Shown: positions 10,049 through 21,497, counted from the first letter of the whole stretch. The stretch: 63,874 nt of DNA, filler included, from 5 parts of 5 records of this genome joined end to end with filler, not necessarily neighbours in it, one strand, 5' to 3'. Notes: generated by a model not told the origin, from the letters alone. Translations and numbers: made by a program.

Positions 10049-11317
10049 CTATAGATCAAAACCTATATCTGTACGATAATTTTTACCTTCAAAATCGATG
10101 GCTTCTACATTCTTATATGATTTTGCCAAAGCTTCCTTCATATCTTTTCCGGTAGCACTTAAAGCAATCACACGACCTCCATTAGTAACAACCTTACCAT
10201 TATCAAGTTTTGTTCCTGCATGAAAAGCCATTCCATCCGTAACTTTATCAAAACCCGTCATTTCTTTGCCTTTTTCATAAGACCCAGGATAACCACCGGA
10301 AACCATCATAACAGTGGTGGCAAAGTCATCTTCAAATTCTATCTGGCAGTTTTTAAGCTCTTTATTTCCTGTAGCAATAAGTAACTCTAATAAATCACTT
10401 TTAATACGAGGCATCACAACTTCAGTCTCCGGATCACCCATTCTTACATTATACTCAATAACATATGGATTGTCGCCAATTTTAATTAAGCCAATAAAGA
10501 TAAATCCCTTGTATGGAATTTCATCGGCATATAAACCTGCCACCGTAGGTTGAATAATACGGTTGTGTACTTTCTTCATGAACTTTTCATCAGCAAATGG
10601 AACCGGACTTACAGCACCCATACCACCAGTGTTTAAACCAGTATCCCCTTCACCAATACGCTTGTAATCTTTTGCTTCAGGAAGTACCACATAAGCAGAA
10701 CCATCCGTTAACACAAAAACCGATAGCTCAATACCATCCATAAACTCTTCAATCACCACTTTACTACTGGCATCTCCGAATTTACCACCAAGCATATTTT
10801 TAAGTTCTGTTTTGGCTTCTTCTAAATCATTAATAATTAAAACGCCTTTACCGGCTGCCAAACCGTCTGCTTTAAGTACATATGGCGAGCTCATTTTTTC
10901 TAAATAAGCCAATCCTTCCTCTATATTCTTACTTGTTACAGCTTTATATTTTGCAGTTGGAATACCATATCGGAACATAAAGTCTTTTGAGAACTCTTTA
11001 CTTCCTTCCAGTCTGGCACCTCTTTTACCGGGACCAATTACCGGAATATGTGCAATGGCAGCATCATTTAAAAAGAAATCTTTTACTCCTCTAACCAATG
11101 GTTCCTCAGGTCCCACAACCAACATATCAATTTCATTCTCCAAAGCCACTTTTTTAACTGCTTCAAAATCGTTGGGGTCAATGTCAACATTTTTTCCTAA
11201 CTCAGCAGTACCCGCATTTCCGGGAGCAATAATTAATTCGGTTAATTTTGGGCTTTGGTTTAATTTCCAAGCTAAGGCATGTTCTCTACCTCCTGAACCT
11301 AATAAAAGTACCTTCAT
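10049..11317 (-). CDS. purD: Phosphoribosylamine--glycine ligase
   Basis: MKVLLLGSGGREHALAW, KADGLAAGKGV, NTGGMG, EYNVRMGDPE; start reassigned to the ATG at 11317. Confidence 0.98.
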   Translation of the reverse strand: MKVLLLGSGGREHALAWKLNQSPKLTELIIAPGNAGTAELGKNVDIDPNDFEAVKKVALENEIDMLVVGPEEPLVRGVKDFFLNDAAIAHIPVIGPGKRGARLEGSKEFSKDFMFRYGIPTAKYKAVTSKNIEEGLAYLEKMSSPYVLKADGLAAGKGVLIINDLEEAKTELKNMLGGKFGDASSKVVIEEFMDGIELSVFVLTDGSAYVVLPEAKDYKRIGEGDTGLNTGGMGAVSPVPFADEKFMKKVHNRIIQPTVAGLYADEIPYKGFIFIGLIKIGDNPYVIEYNVRMGDPETEVVMPRIKSDLLELLIATGNKELKNCQIEFEDDFATTVMMVSGGYPGSYEKGKEMTGFDKVTDGMAFHAGTKLDNGKVVTNGGRVIALSATGKDMKEALAKSYKNVEAIDFEGKNYRTDIGFDL

Positions 11318-11420
11318 TTTTTTGTTTGTTAGTTGAGTTTTTGTCTCTATGTTTTCTGCCTGAAAAATTACTATTCTTCGAGGCAAAAATCAATAATCCA
11401 ATGCTCTTTTTATTTCTGCT

Positions 11421-12029
11421 TTATTGTATTACACGCGTTGTGTATCCCATTTTATTTATCCATTCCAAAGTCTTTGAAAAAGCATATTTCATATTTTCGC
11501 TCGCTTTAACTGAGTCGTGAAATACCACAACCGAACCTGGTCTCAGATGCTTTTTTACATGATTAAAAACCTGTTCGCCCGACAATCTTCTGTCATAATC
11601 CTTCGTTAGAATATCCCACATTACAACTTGGCTGAATTGCGATTTAGCCTTTTTTGTATACCAGGGATACCATTGTCCGTAAGGTGGTCTGAAAAGTGTT
11701 GAACCGATTAGATCTTGTGCTTTTTCAATATTTTCAAAATACGTTGTCTCATTTGTTTTCCAGGCTTTAAGATGGTTGTAAGTGTGATTTCCCACCTGAT
11801 GCCCTCTGCGTTTTACTTCCTGAAACAATTCAGGGTAACGGTAAACGTTTTCACCGACACAAAAAAAGGTTAGTTTGGCATTCCATTTATCGGCTTCATC
11901 CAATACCCAAGGTGTTACCTCAGGTACAGGGCCGTCATCAAAAGTCAGATACACCTCTTTTTTATCTGTTTTATTCCGCCATAAACATCCGGGGAATAAG
12001 GTCCTGAGAAAAAAAGGAGGCTTTACCAT
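11421..12029 (-). CDS. Polysaccharide deacetylase family protein (CE4/NodB)
   Basis: LTFDDGP, GNHTYNH, FRPPYG, VFHD motifs; start overlaps stop of upstream gene (TAATG). Confidence 0.92.
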   Translation of the reverse strand: MVKPPFFLRTLFPGCLWRNKTDKKEVYLTFDDGPVPEVTPWVLDEADKWNAKLTFFCVGENVYRYPELFQEVKRRGHQVGNHTYNHLKAWKTNETTYFENIEKAQDLIGSTLFRPPYGQWYPWYTKKAKSQFSQVVMWDILTKDYDRRLSGEQVFNHVKKHLRPGSVVVFHDSVKASENMKYAFSKTLEWINKMGYTTRVIQ

Positions 12030-15000
12030 TATTGATTTAATGAATTCAATTGCTGAATCATTTCCTGCGGGACAGCCATATTTTGAATACCCATCTTTTT
12101 CATTAAATCCGTTCTGTTATATTTTGCTAATATTTGTTGAATTTGATTTTCAAACATCTTGCTTTGCTGGTAATTATATTCCAATCTACCCTTTTCGCTC
12201 ATTGGCAAGCTCATATAGTATTTAATAGTTTGACGACTTATCATCATCATATTTTCCAGCATCTGATCACCTACTACCGCATTACCTTCCAAATAGAAAC
12301 CTTCTGCTCCAAGTATAGAAAGAATATTCTCCGGTAATGATCCAATCGGTAACTTGGCTAATCTTCGACTTACTGATTCTTTCAAGTCTTCTCGTTGATA
12401 GGCTAGCACAGTACTGGCAATCTCAGAATAAATCGCAATACTACGCTGATAATCGCTGCCAATTTGATTTTGTTTAGATGGAGATAGTGCAGAGAAAAAT
12501 GCCATTTCCTGGTATGTCTGTTCACTTAACTGGTCAATGATCTCATCTCCTCTATCCAAATTTTCAGCCTTGTAATATCCTTCAGCAAGATAAATTGAGA
12601 AATAGTTGTGAGGCACTTTTTCAACCGGTAGTTTAGTAAACGCCATATCTAACACATTAACCGCTTTCTCTTTTTTACCTTCTTCCAATAGGGCATTCGC
12701 TAAACGCGACATGTTATTGCGGATATTCATGGCCATACGCTGATGGTTTTCATCCAGATAAACACGAGGATCATCAAAACCTCCCCATTTAAATTTATTA
12801 AAGAACTTATCGTACATTTTATCAGTAGCCACACGGCCATATTGCCCATCTGTTGACTTGGTTTTAATAGGCACCACTTTATATGCAAATCCTTCCAGCT
12901 GGAAGTAATCTTCAAGATTAGCATAATTATCCTGGCCTACAGTAACCGCAAAATAAATAGGACGATCCCAATTTCCGTTCGCAATCATATCCAGTACCAT
13001 CAATTCGTTTTTAAGAATATACTCCTTCTTAATATCGAATTGAATTTCAGGAACTAAAAGATCAGCATCCTCTTCACTCACGATTCCTTTTTGAATCATC
13101 TTTAAGCTATCAGCAGGTATGCTAAAAGAACGAGAAGGTAAATGCTCAATTCTTCCCGGGTAACCAGGTATTTCTTTTGTTTTTGGATTTTCACTGGCCA
13201 AAAACTTAATGGCTTCTTTTAAGTCTACTCTTCCTTTAATACGAGGTAACAAATGCACTACATCACGGGTTCCCGTTACATACTGATCGTGTGTTAGGGA
13301 GAATGGTAATGGATCAGAATCATAGGCTTTACGTCCCATTTGATCAATATACCAGTCTGTTTGCAGATAACTTAAGTTACAAACTCTTACATCCGGACGA
13401 TAACCTTCTACCTCTTGCGCATACCAAAGTGGGAAAGTATCATTATCTCCATTGGTAAATATGATGGCGTTTTCATCACAAGTATCTAAATAATTAAAGG
13501 CTAAATCACGTGCCACATTACGATGTGCCCTGTTATGGTCATCCCAGTTTTCAGAAAGCATAATACCAGGAACTAAAATCAATGTAACTGTAGTGGCGGC
13601 AATAGCAGCTCCCTTTCCTGGAATAAATTTCCTGATTCCATCAACCACGGCTAAAACGCCTAAACCAATCCAAATGGCAAAAGCATAGAATGAACCTGCA
13701 TAGGCATAATCACGCTCACGCGGCTGCATCGGAGTCTGATTCAAATAAAGTACAATGGCTAATCCTGTTAAGAAGAAAAGCAACGATACAATCCAGAACC
13801 CTTCTTTTCCATCCTTACCGGATTTATATTGAAAGAACATTCCCAATAAGCCTAATATTAAAGGAAGGAAGTAGTATTTATTACGCGCGGGATTGTTTTT
13901 GTAGATATCCGGTAATTTTGATTGATCGCCTAAACGGGCATTGTCAATAAATGGAATACCACAAATCCAGTTTCCTTTATGTAACTCTCCATGTCCCTGG
14001 ATATCATTCTGACGGCCGGCAAAATTCCATAAGAAGTAGCGCATGTACATGTACCAAACCTGATAATTCACAAAGAAACTGATATTTTGTCCAAAACTAG
14101 GTAGTGTAATCGTTTGGTATTCTCCCGATTGCGGATCCTGAATTTGAACCCTGCTTCCTTTAGCTTCTCCTCCAGTCCAATATTTATATTTGTCAATATG
14201 ATGCCCTTCTCGGCTATACATTCTTGGGAAAAAAGTGGTTGTTTTATCGTTAAACACGTAATGTGGTTTATGATCTACCGTTACATATTTCCCATCTTTT
14301 TTAATTCGTACAGGATCACCTTCCTTAGCACTTGATGCTTCCCTGTCGAGTGGTGAATTATAATACTGTCCAAAGAATAAGGGACGATCACCATATTGCT
14401 CACGGTTAAGATATCCCATCATGGAAAATACATCTTCCGGAGAGTTTTGATCCATTGTAGGATTCGCAAACGAACGAATCACAATCATGGCAAACGAAGA
14501 GTATCCTATAAGAATTACTGTAACACCCAAAAGAATGGTATTCATAATTACTTTCTGGTGTTTTTGTGTATACCAGATTCCAAAAATTAAACCACTAATT
14601 AAAAGTGTAATATAAACAGCAATCCCTGTATTATAAGGTGCACCAAACGAGTTTACAAACAATAGTTCAAACCAACTGGCCACTTTTACTGTGTAAGGAA
14701 TAATACCATATAAAATACCGACTAACAATACAGCAGAAATTCCCAGTGCCTTTAAAATACCATTACGGTCAACCTCAAATTTCTTAAAATAATAAACCAT
14801 CACAATGGCAGGGATAGCCAATAAGTTCAATAAGTGGACCCCAATAGAAAGCCCCATTAAATAGGCTATTAATATTAACCAGCGGTTGGCATATTTATCA
14901 TTAGCTGCATCTTCCCATTTTAAAATGGCCCAGAAAACCACAGCTGTAAATAAAGAAGACATGGCATAAACCTCTCCCTCAACAGCAGAAAACCAGAAAG

Positions 15001-15397
15001 TATCTGAAAAAGTATAGGCTAATGCACCCACAAATCCAGCACCTATTACAGCCCAAGATCTCCAGGTTTCTTCTTCCTTCATAAATATTTTACGACCCAG
15101 GTGAGTAATGGTCCAGCATAAAAACATGATGGTGAAAGCACTCGAAAGCGCACTCATCAGGTTTATCATAAAAGCCACAGAACCTCCATCAGGTGCAAAA
15201 AGGGAAAAGAATCTTCCGATAATCATAAATACAGGTGCTCCGGGAGGGTGTCCAACTAATAATTTATAAGAGGTTGAAATAAATTCTCCACAGTCCCAAA
15301 AGCTGGCTGTTGGTTCCAGTGTCATGGTATACACCACAGCAGCTATGGCAAAAGATATCCATCCGACGAGGTTGTTCAGTAATTTATGATTTTTCAT
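12029..15397 (-). CDS. DUF2723 / TMEM260-like (GT117) integral membrane glycosyltransferase, paralog 2
   Basis: FWDCGEFI...HPPGAP, FWFSAVEGEVYA, NREQYGDRP, PRERDYAY, GDNDTFPLWY; C-terminal helical repeats; TATTTTTG -7 element at 15471-15478. Confidence 0.9.
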   Translation of the reverse strand: MKNHKLLNNLVGWISFAIAAVVYTMTLEPTASFWDCGEFISTSYKLLVGHPPGAPVFMIIGRFFSLFAPDGGSVAFMINLMSALSSAFTIMFLCWTITHLGRKIFMKEEETWRSWAVIGAGFVGALAYTFSDTFWFSAVEGEVYAMSSLFTAVVFWAILKWEDAANDKYANRWLILIAYLMGLSIGVHLLNLLAIPAIVMVYYFKKFEVDRNGILKALGISAVLLVGILYGIIPYTVKVASWFELLFVNSFGAPYNTGIAVYITLLISGLIFGIWYTQKHQKVIMNTILLGVTVILIGYSSFAMIVIRSFANPTMDQNSPEDVFSMMGYLNREQYGDRPLFFGQYYNSPLDREASSAKEGDPVRIKKDGKYVTVDHKPHYVFNDKTTTFFPRMYSREGHHIDKYKYWTGGEAKGSRVQIQDPQSGEYQTITLPSFGQNISFFVNYQVWYMYMRYFLWNFAGRQNDIQGHGELHKGNWICGIPFIDNARLGDQSKLPDIYKNNPARNKYYFLPLILGLLGMFFQYKSGKDGKEGFWIVSLLFFLTGLAIVLYLNQTPMQPRERDYAYAGSFYAFAIWIGLGVLAVVDGIRKFIPGKGAAIAATTVTLILVPGIMLSENWDDHNRAHRNVARDLAFNYLDTCDENAIIFTNGDNDTFPLWYAQEVEGYRPDVRVCNLSYLQTDWYIDQMGRKAYDSDPLPFSLTHDQYVTGTRDVVHLLPRIKGRVDLKEAIKFLASENPKTKEIPGYPGRIEHLPSRSFSIPADSLKMIQKGIVSEEDADLLVPEIQFDIKKEYILKNELMVLDMIANGNWDRPIYFAVTVGQDNYANLEDYFQLEGFAYKVVPIKTKSTDGQYGRVATDKMYDKFFNKFKWGGFDDPRVYLDENHQRMAMNIRNNMSRLANALLEEGKKEKAVNVLDMAFTKLPVEKVPHNYFSIYLAEGYYKAENLDRGDEIIDQLSEQTYQEMAFFSALSPSKQNQIGSDYQRSIAIYSEIASTVLAYQREDLKESVSRRLAKLPIGSLPENILSILGAEGFYLEGNAVVGDQMLENMMMISRQTIKYYMSLPMSEKGRLEYNYQQSKMFENQIQQILAKYNRTDLMKKMGIQNMAVPQEMIQQLNSLNQ

Positions 15398-15684
15398 TTT
15401 TATTGGGTTATTCTTTGAATGTCAGTTTTTTATTAGCGATAATAAAGCTTACCTCTGCAAACTCCGATGCCAAAAATAAGTAAATTTTATCAAACCCATT
15501 TTTTAAGCACTATAATGTTACGGTTTTAACGATATTTTAACTCAATTATTGTTAGATAGATTATTTAAAGAATTCAACTAATTTAACCTGCACTATGATT
15601 TTATACATCATTTAAGCAAAATAAATGAAGTATTTTTGCTATCACCCTTAAAATTCAATTATAAAAAACATAAAATCATATAAA

Positions 15685-17949
15685 ATGTATAAGAGCAACA
15701 GACTGTTTATTTGGCTGCTTTTTATTGCCATTTATCCTGGATTATTAAATGCACAAGAAAAGACCTCTTCTTTATTAACGCTGGATAGAATATATGCTTC
15801 CGGCGAATTTCGGATGGATTACCTGCAACCTTTACAGTGGGTAGAAAATGGGAATGCTTATGTAAGAGTAGAAAGAAATAAGAATAACAAACAAGAACTG
15901 GTACGATACGAAACCGCTTCTTCTAAAAGAAATATCATTATAAAAAACGAATGGTTGATACCTAATGGGTCAGAAAAGGCTATCTATGTAGAATCCTTTA
16001 CTTACTCACCGGATGAATCTAAACTGTTACTCTTTACTAACTCATCCAGAGTTTGGAGAGCCAATACTAAAGGCGATTACTGGATTTATGATTTTAAAAA
16101 TAAAAGCTTAAAACAAATAGGAACATCTTTTCCTGCCAGTACGCTCATGTTTGCCAAGTTCTCTAACGATCAGAATAAAGTAGCATATGTTCAGGACTTT
16201 AACGTGTATGTTGAGGATTTAAAATCTGGTAACATCATAGCCTTGACCAAAGACGGCGGCAACGGAATGATAAACGGAACCTTTGATTGGGTTTACGAAG
16301 AAGAGTTTGGTGTTCGCGATGGATTTAGATGGAGCCCGGATGGTACCAACATTGCTCTTTGGCAGCTGGATGCCTCCAATACCGGAACATTTTATATGAT
16401 TAACAATACTGATTCCGTTTATTCCCAACCTATCCCTATACAATATCCTAAGGTAGGACAAACACCTTCGGCATGTAAAGTTGGTATTAGTAATTTAACT
16501 GACAATCAAATCCGATGGATTCCTTTGGAAGGCGAAGCCAACCAAAACTACATCCCTGCCATGCAATGGATAAATAAGAATGAGTTATTAATTCAGCAAT
16601 TAAATCGTCATCAAAACAAGCTTATCGTTTGGCTTTATAGTTTATCTTCCAAAAGTCTTAAAAAAGTTTACACTGAAGAAGAAAAAACCTGGGTTGATCT
16701 TCAATATCCAGATGCTTCATCTAATAGCTGGGGTAAAAACGATTTGCAACTGGTGGATAACCAAACCTGCTTTTTGCGCTTGTCAGAAAATGATGGCTGG
16801 CGACATATTTATAAAGTCAATATTAAAACCGGTGAAAAAACCTTATTGACTCCAGGAGATTATGATGTAGCTTCAATGTTGGTGACAACTACTAAAGAAG
16901 TGTATTTTCATGCTTCACCGGAGAATAGCACACAACGTTTTTTATATCGTATTGACTTAAAGGGAAGTGGCAAATTAAAAAGGGTAACTCCTTCAGAGAC
17001 CAATGGAATGAATATTTACAACGTAGCTCCCAATGGTCGATATGCTATTTATAGTCACCAAGCTGCTTTAGAAGCTACACAAGTTAAAGTGGTATCATTG
17101 CCTAAGCATCAGACATTAAACACGCTGGTAGACAATAACTCTTTTACTGAAAAAATAACCGGCATTTCAATTCCGGAAGTAGAATTCTTTTCGGTAACTA
17201 CTGAAGATGGAATTGAGGTAGACGGAAGAATGATTAAGCCTATCAATTTTGACCCAGAGAAAAAATATCCTGTTCTTTTTCATGTTTACGGAGAACCATG
17301 GGGTCAAGTAGCTACCGATAGTTGGATAGGTTTATGGAATATTTATCTGGCACAACAAGGCTATATCGTCATTGATATGGACAACAGAGGTACGCCTTGT
17401 TTGAAAGGTAGTGATTGGAGAAAAAGCGTTTACAGAAAAGTAGGTGTTATAAATACACACGACCAGGCCATGGCTGCCAAAGAAGTGTTACAAGAAATGA
17501 AATTTATTGATCCTGAACTTACAGCAGTTTGGGGATGGAGCGGTGGTGGTTCCATGACTTTAAATTTGATGTTCCAACATCCTGACATCTATAAAACAGG
17601 TATGGCTGTGGCTGCGGTTTCGAACCAGTTGATTTATGATAATATTTATCAGGAACGTTATATGGGCTTACCACAGGAGAACATGGAAGACTTTGTGCAG
17701 GGTTCACCAATTACACATGCAAAGAATCTGCAAGGAAACCTGTTAGTGGTTCATGGAACAGGCGATGACAATGTGCATTATCAAAGCATGGAAATGTTGG
17801 TCAATGAATTGATATTGCACAATAAACAATTTCAGATGATGGCCTACCCTAATCGTTCACACAGTATATACGAAGGGCGCAATACCACCAGACATTTGTA
17901 CACTTTGCTCACCAATTATTTAATGCAACATGTTCCGGTAAATAAATAG
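15685..17949 (+). CDS. Dipeptidyl-peptidase IV-like S9B serine peptidase
   Basis: DWVYEEE, GWSGGG nucleophile, HGTGDDNVH, C-terminal catalytic His; signal peptide. Confidence 0.95.
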   Translation: MYKSNRLFIWLLFIAIYPGLLNAQEKTSSLLTLDRIYASGEFRMDYLQPLQWVENGNAYVRVERNKNNKQELVRYETASSKRNIIIKNEWLIPNGSEKAIYVESFTYSPDESKLLLFTNSSRVWRANTKGDYWIYDFKNKSLKQIGTSFPASTLMFAKFSNDQNKVAYVQDFNVYVEDLKSGNIIALTKDGGNGMINGTFDWVYEEEFGVRDGFRWSPDGTNIALWQLDASNTGTFYMINNTDSVYSQPIPIQYPKVGQTPSACKVGISNLTDNQIRWIPLEGEANQNYIPAMQWINKNELLIQQLNRHQNKLIVWLYSLSSKSLKKVYTEEEKTWVDLQYPDASSNSWGKNDLQLVDNQTCFLRLSENDGWRHIYKVNIKTGEKTLLTPGDYDVASMLVTTTKEVYFHASPENSTQRFLYRIDLKGSGKLKRVTPSETNGMNIYNVAPNGRYAIYSHQAALEATQVKVVSLPKHQTLNTLVDNNSFTEKITGISIPEVEFFSVTTEDGIEVDGRMIKPINFDPEKKYPVLFHVYGEPWGQVATDSWIGLWNIYLAQQGYIVIDMDNRGTPCLKGSDWRKSVYRKVGVINTHDQAMAAKEVLQEMKFIDPELTAVWGWSGGGSMTLNLMFQHPDIYKTGMAVAAVSNQLIYDNIYQERYMGLPQENMEDFVQGSPITHAKNLQGNLLVVHGTGDDNVHYQSMEMLVNELILHNKQFQMMAYPNRSHSIYEGRNTTRHLYTLLTNYLMQHVPVNK

Positions 17950-18116
17950 AAACGATTACCAATCTAATAATATACTTCCCTTTTGGCCCATGTCATCAGG
18001 GAAGTTTTGTAATGGGACTATTAGCTTTTAGCCTATCGTCTGTGTTTTATTAATTGATTACTCCAGAAAACTGCTGACAACAAACTTAGTTTTTAAAGAC
18101 ATTAATTTTTATAAAT

Positions 18117-18146
18117 AAAAAACCCGAAACACAATCATGTTTCGGG
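18117..18146 (-). terminator. Intrinsic terminator after korB
   Basis: CCCGAAACA-N6-TGTTTCGGG preceded by an A-run on the + strand. Confidence 0.75.
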
Positions 18147-18176
18147 GTAAGAATATTTAAAATCCCAGACTAAAGA

Positions 18177-19202
18177 CTAATCTACTGTCCAGGTGTCACC
18201 TGAATTCACAAGTTCCTCAAATGTTGAAATGTTTGTTTTGGATTGCACTGTTTCCAATTGCAGCTCAACACATTCGTCATAAATACGAGTATCAACGGAG
18301 CGAATTACACCTAAAGCCACAGGTAAATCAGGATATTCCATGTTAGCTAATTTTCGGTGCATAGATACATGAGGAGTTTCGGCATCGTGTATCAACACAT
18401 CTTCAATGGAATAACCATCTTTACCAATGGTAACCGCCTTAAGATCCATCCCATCTAAAACCAAACCTTTATCCATGTTATCTCCATAAAGCATTTTTTC
18501 GCCATGACGTAAAACGATGGTTCTTTCAGCTTTGTACTTCTTATCGGTAATAGCTTCGTGCGTTTTATCGTTATAAATTACACAGTTTTGTAATACTTCT
18601 ATGATCGATGTTCCTTTGTGTTTAGCCGAGGCTTCCATCACTTCTACGGATAGTTTTAATTCCTTATCGATGGTTCGGGCAAAAAACTGACCTCTTGCAC
18701 CCAATGCTAATTCTCCAGGTCTGAAGGGATCTTCAACAGTTCCGAAAGGAGAAGTTTTGGAAATAAACCCTCTTTTAGAAGTTGGCGAATACTGACCTTT
18801 TGTTAATCCGTATATCTGATTGTTAAACAAAATAACATTGATATCGATATTACGTCGGATAAGGTGAATAAAGTGGTTTCCTCCGATAGCCAATGCATCA
18901 CCATCACCTGTAATTTGCCAAACGTGAAGGTTAGGATTAGCCACTTTTACGCCAGAAGCCACAGCAGAGGCTCTCCCGTGTATAGTGTGAAATCCATAGG
19001 TGTTCATATAATACGGAAAGCGGGAAGAGCAGCCAATTCCTGATATCACTGCCACATTATGTGGTTCAACATTCAGTTTAGCCATAGCTTTTTGAACAGA
19101 GTTCAGGATTGCATGGTCGCCACAACCCGGACACCATCTAACACTTAAATCACTTTTAAAGTCGGTATATGTAAGTTTGCAAGTTTCTTTCAAGTCATTC
19201 AT
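18177..19202 (-). CDS. korB: 2-oxoacid:ferredoxin oxidoreductase beta subunit
   Basis: WCPGCGD, SGIGCS, GDGD...NN TPP-binding motif, YGLTKGQYSPT. Confidence 0.93.
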   Translation of the reverse strand: MNDLKETCKLTYTDFKSDLSVRWCPGCGDHAILNSVQKAMAKLNVEPHNVAVISGIGCSSRFPYYMNTYGFHTIHGRASAVASGVKVANPNLHVWQITGDGDALAIGGNHFIHLIRRNIDINVILFNNQIYGLTKGQYSPTSKRGFISKTSPFGTVEDPFRPGELALGARGQFFARTIDKELKLSVEVMEASAKHKGTSIIEVLQNCVIYNDKTHEAITDKKYKAERTIVLRHGEKMLYGDNMDKGLVLDGMDLKAVTIGKDGYSIEDVLIHDAETPHVSMHRKLANMEYPDLPVALGVIRSVDTRIYDECVELQLETVQSKTNISTFEELVNSGDTWTVD

Positions 19203-19205
19203 GAT

Positions 19206-21062
19206 TTAGTCCTCCAGCAAAGATTTAAATTTGTTTTTTAACTCAACCACCGTAAACGGTAATCCCTGCACTTTATTCATTTGCATGTAATTAATATCCG
19301 GAAAGTTCATGCGAAGATAATTCGCAAACTGACCCATATTTAATTCACAAACAATGATCTTTTTATATTTCTTAAGGATCTCGTATGTGTTTTTAGGTAA
19401 AGGATTAATGTAATTGAAGTGAGCGAGTGCCACACCAAGTCCATCGTCATTCTGTAGTTCTTCCACGGCAGTAAATAGATGACCAAAGGTTCCACCCCAT
19501 CCAATAACTAACAAGTCACTATCAGGATCTCCTAAAATATCCTGTTCAGGGATATTGTTTTCGATGTACTTGATTTTAGCCTCTCTTGTTTTCACCATCA
19601 TCTCATGATTCTCTGCATCATAAGAAACACCACCTGTTTTTTCGTCTTTTTCTAGTCCACCCAAACGGTGCATCAAATTAGGCGTTCCTACTTTAGCCCA
19701 GTTACGAACCAAGGTTTCCGGATCTCTCATATATGGTAACCATCCTTCTTCTTCTCCTTTAGGAACTCTTTTTGCAACAATTTCAGGGTAATCATTTAGA
19801 TCAGGAATTCGCCACGGTTGTGTACCATTGGCCAGGAAACCATCTGTTAATAAGATTACCGGCGTCATATGTTCTACTGCAATCTTTGCAGCATAAAAAG
19901 CATATTCAAAACAATTGATAGGAGAGGAGGCAGCCATTACTACACAAGGACTTTCACCGTTTCTACCATAAAGTGCCTGCATCAAATCACTTTGTTCTGT
20001 TTTAGTTGGTAATCCAGTTGAAGGTCCGCCACGTTGTACATTTACAATTACAAGAGGCAGTTCAGCAATCACAGCTAATCCAATAGCTTCGCCTTTTAAT
20101 GCTAAACCTGGCCCTGAAGTGGAAGTAACTGCTAAATCACCAGCAAAGCTTGCACCAATGGCAGTACAAATTCCGGCAATTTCGTCCTCTGCCTGAAATA
20201 CTTTAACACCTAAATCTTTACGTGCAGAAAGTTCTTGTAAAATCTCTGTTGCAGGAGTAATAGGGTAGGAACCTAAAAACAGTTCGAGATTCGCTTTCTG
20301 AGCAGCAGCAATTAATCCCCAAGCTACGGCTGTGTTTCCATTTAAGTTACGGTATTTTCCTTTTTTTATGGATGCCGGGTTGATATGATAAGATGGGGTT
20401 ACTGCCTGAATAATTACTCCGTAGTTATAACCTTCTTTTAAGACTTTTAAGTTGGCTACAACGACTAAAGGATTCTTGGCAAACTTCTTTCTAATAAAGG
20501 ATTCGGTGTGTTCCAATGGTCTGTCGAATAACCAGTAAACCAAACCAAGCGCATACATATTTTTACTGCGCAGGATACTTTTATTATCCAGCCCCATATC
20601 TTTTAAACTTTCTTTGGTAAGCGCAGTGATAGGTGCTTTTATAATATTAAAGTCTCCTAATTTATCTTCAAAAATTGGATCATCAGTAGTATAACCTGCT
20701 TTTTGTAGGTTTTTAGCATCAAAACTATCTACATCCATAATAATGGTGCCACCACTTTTTACCCACTTGGCATTGGCTTTTAAGGCTGCCGGATTCATTG
20801 CTACCAAAACATCGGCATAATCACCTGGAGTAAAAACTTCCGTGTGACCAAAATGTACCTGAAATCCTGAAACACCTCCAATGGTTCCTTGTGGAGCTCT
20901 GATTTCTGCCGGGTAATCAGGGAATGTTGAAATGTCATTTCCAAAAACAGCTGATGTATTTGAAAATAAGGTTCCGGTAAGTTGCATACCATCACCCGAA
21001 TCGCCCGAAAATCGGACAACTACTTCGTCGCGTTCAATTACTTTAGAACTTCTGCCCATCAT
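19206..21062 (-). CDS. korA: 2-oxoacid:acceptor oxidoreductase alpha subunit (gamma-alpha fusion)
   Basis: GDSGDGMQ, YPITPAT, QAEDEI, TSGPG, QRGGPSTGLPT. Confidence 0.93.
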   Translation of the reverse strand: MMGRSSKVIERDEVVVRFSGDSGDGMQLTGTLFSNTSAVFGNDISTFPDYPAEIRAPQGTIGGVSGFQVHFGHTEVFTPGDYADVLVAMNPAALKANAKWVKSGGTIIMDVDSFDAKNLQKAGYTTDDPIFEDKLGDFNIIKAPITALTKESLKDMGLDNKSILRSKNMYALGLVYWLFDRPLEHTESFIRKKFAKNPLVVVANLKVLKEGYNYGVIIQAVTPSYHINPASIKKGKYRNLNGNTAVAWGLIAAAQKANLELFLGSYPITPATEILQELSARKDLGVKVFQAEDEIAGICTAIGASFAGDLAVTSTSGPGLALKGEAIGLAVIAELPLVIVNVQRGGPSTGLPTKTEQSDLMQALYGRNGESPCVVMAASSPINCFEYAFYAAKIAVEHMTPVILLTDGFLANGTQPWRIPDLNDYPEIVAKRVPKGEEEGWLPYMRDPETLVRNWAKVGTPNLMHRLGGLEKDEKTGGVSYDAENHEMMVKTREAKIKYIENNIPEQDILGDPDSDLLVIGWGGTFGHLFTAVEELQNDDGLGVALAHFNYINPLPKNTYEILKKYKKIIVCELNMGQFANYLRMNFPDINYMQMNKVQGLPFTVVELKNKFKSLLED

Positions 21063-21497
21063 TTTTCTTAAACTTTAACTGGATTCTTTTTCTCTACCTT
21101 TAAACTAGTACATCTTCTTTACTTGACCAACAATATATGGCTTGATTTTATAAAGGGTGTTATACCGTTAACGGATATTAAATATTTGTAGAGTAAAGGT
21201 AGTAGGAGTAATGATACAAAAGCTTGACAGACGTCAGTATTTCTGTTGATTTCCAACAAATTATGTCAGGTTTAAATGATAGCAAATACCACTCCAAACT
21301 GCTTTATTAGAAGATTATTAGACCACTATAAGAAAAACTGAATGTTGAATTATGAAGGTAAATTCTAGAACAAACAATGCAATTTTTAGTTTGTTCAATA
21401 GGATTACGAAAAACTAATTATTTGGGGCATGATATCAATTAATATGTAATCAGCCTAAAAAAAGTAACTTTGCAACTTAATTAAAATAAATAAATAG

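Noticed and set aside
15455-15474. Sigma-54-like TTGGCATCGGAGTTTGCA on the minus strand upstream of DUF2723 paralog 2
   Set aside because: GG-to-GC spacing is 11 nt rather than the strict 10, and an overlapping TAnnTTTG housekeeping element explains the promoter
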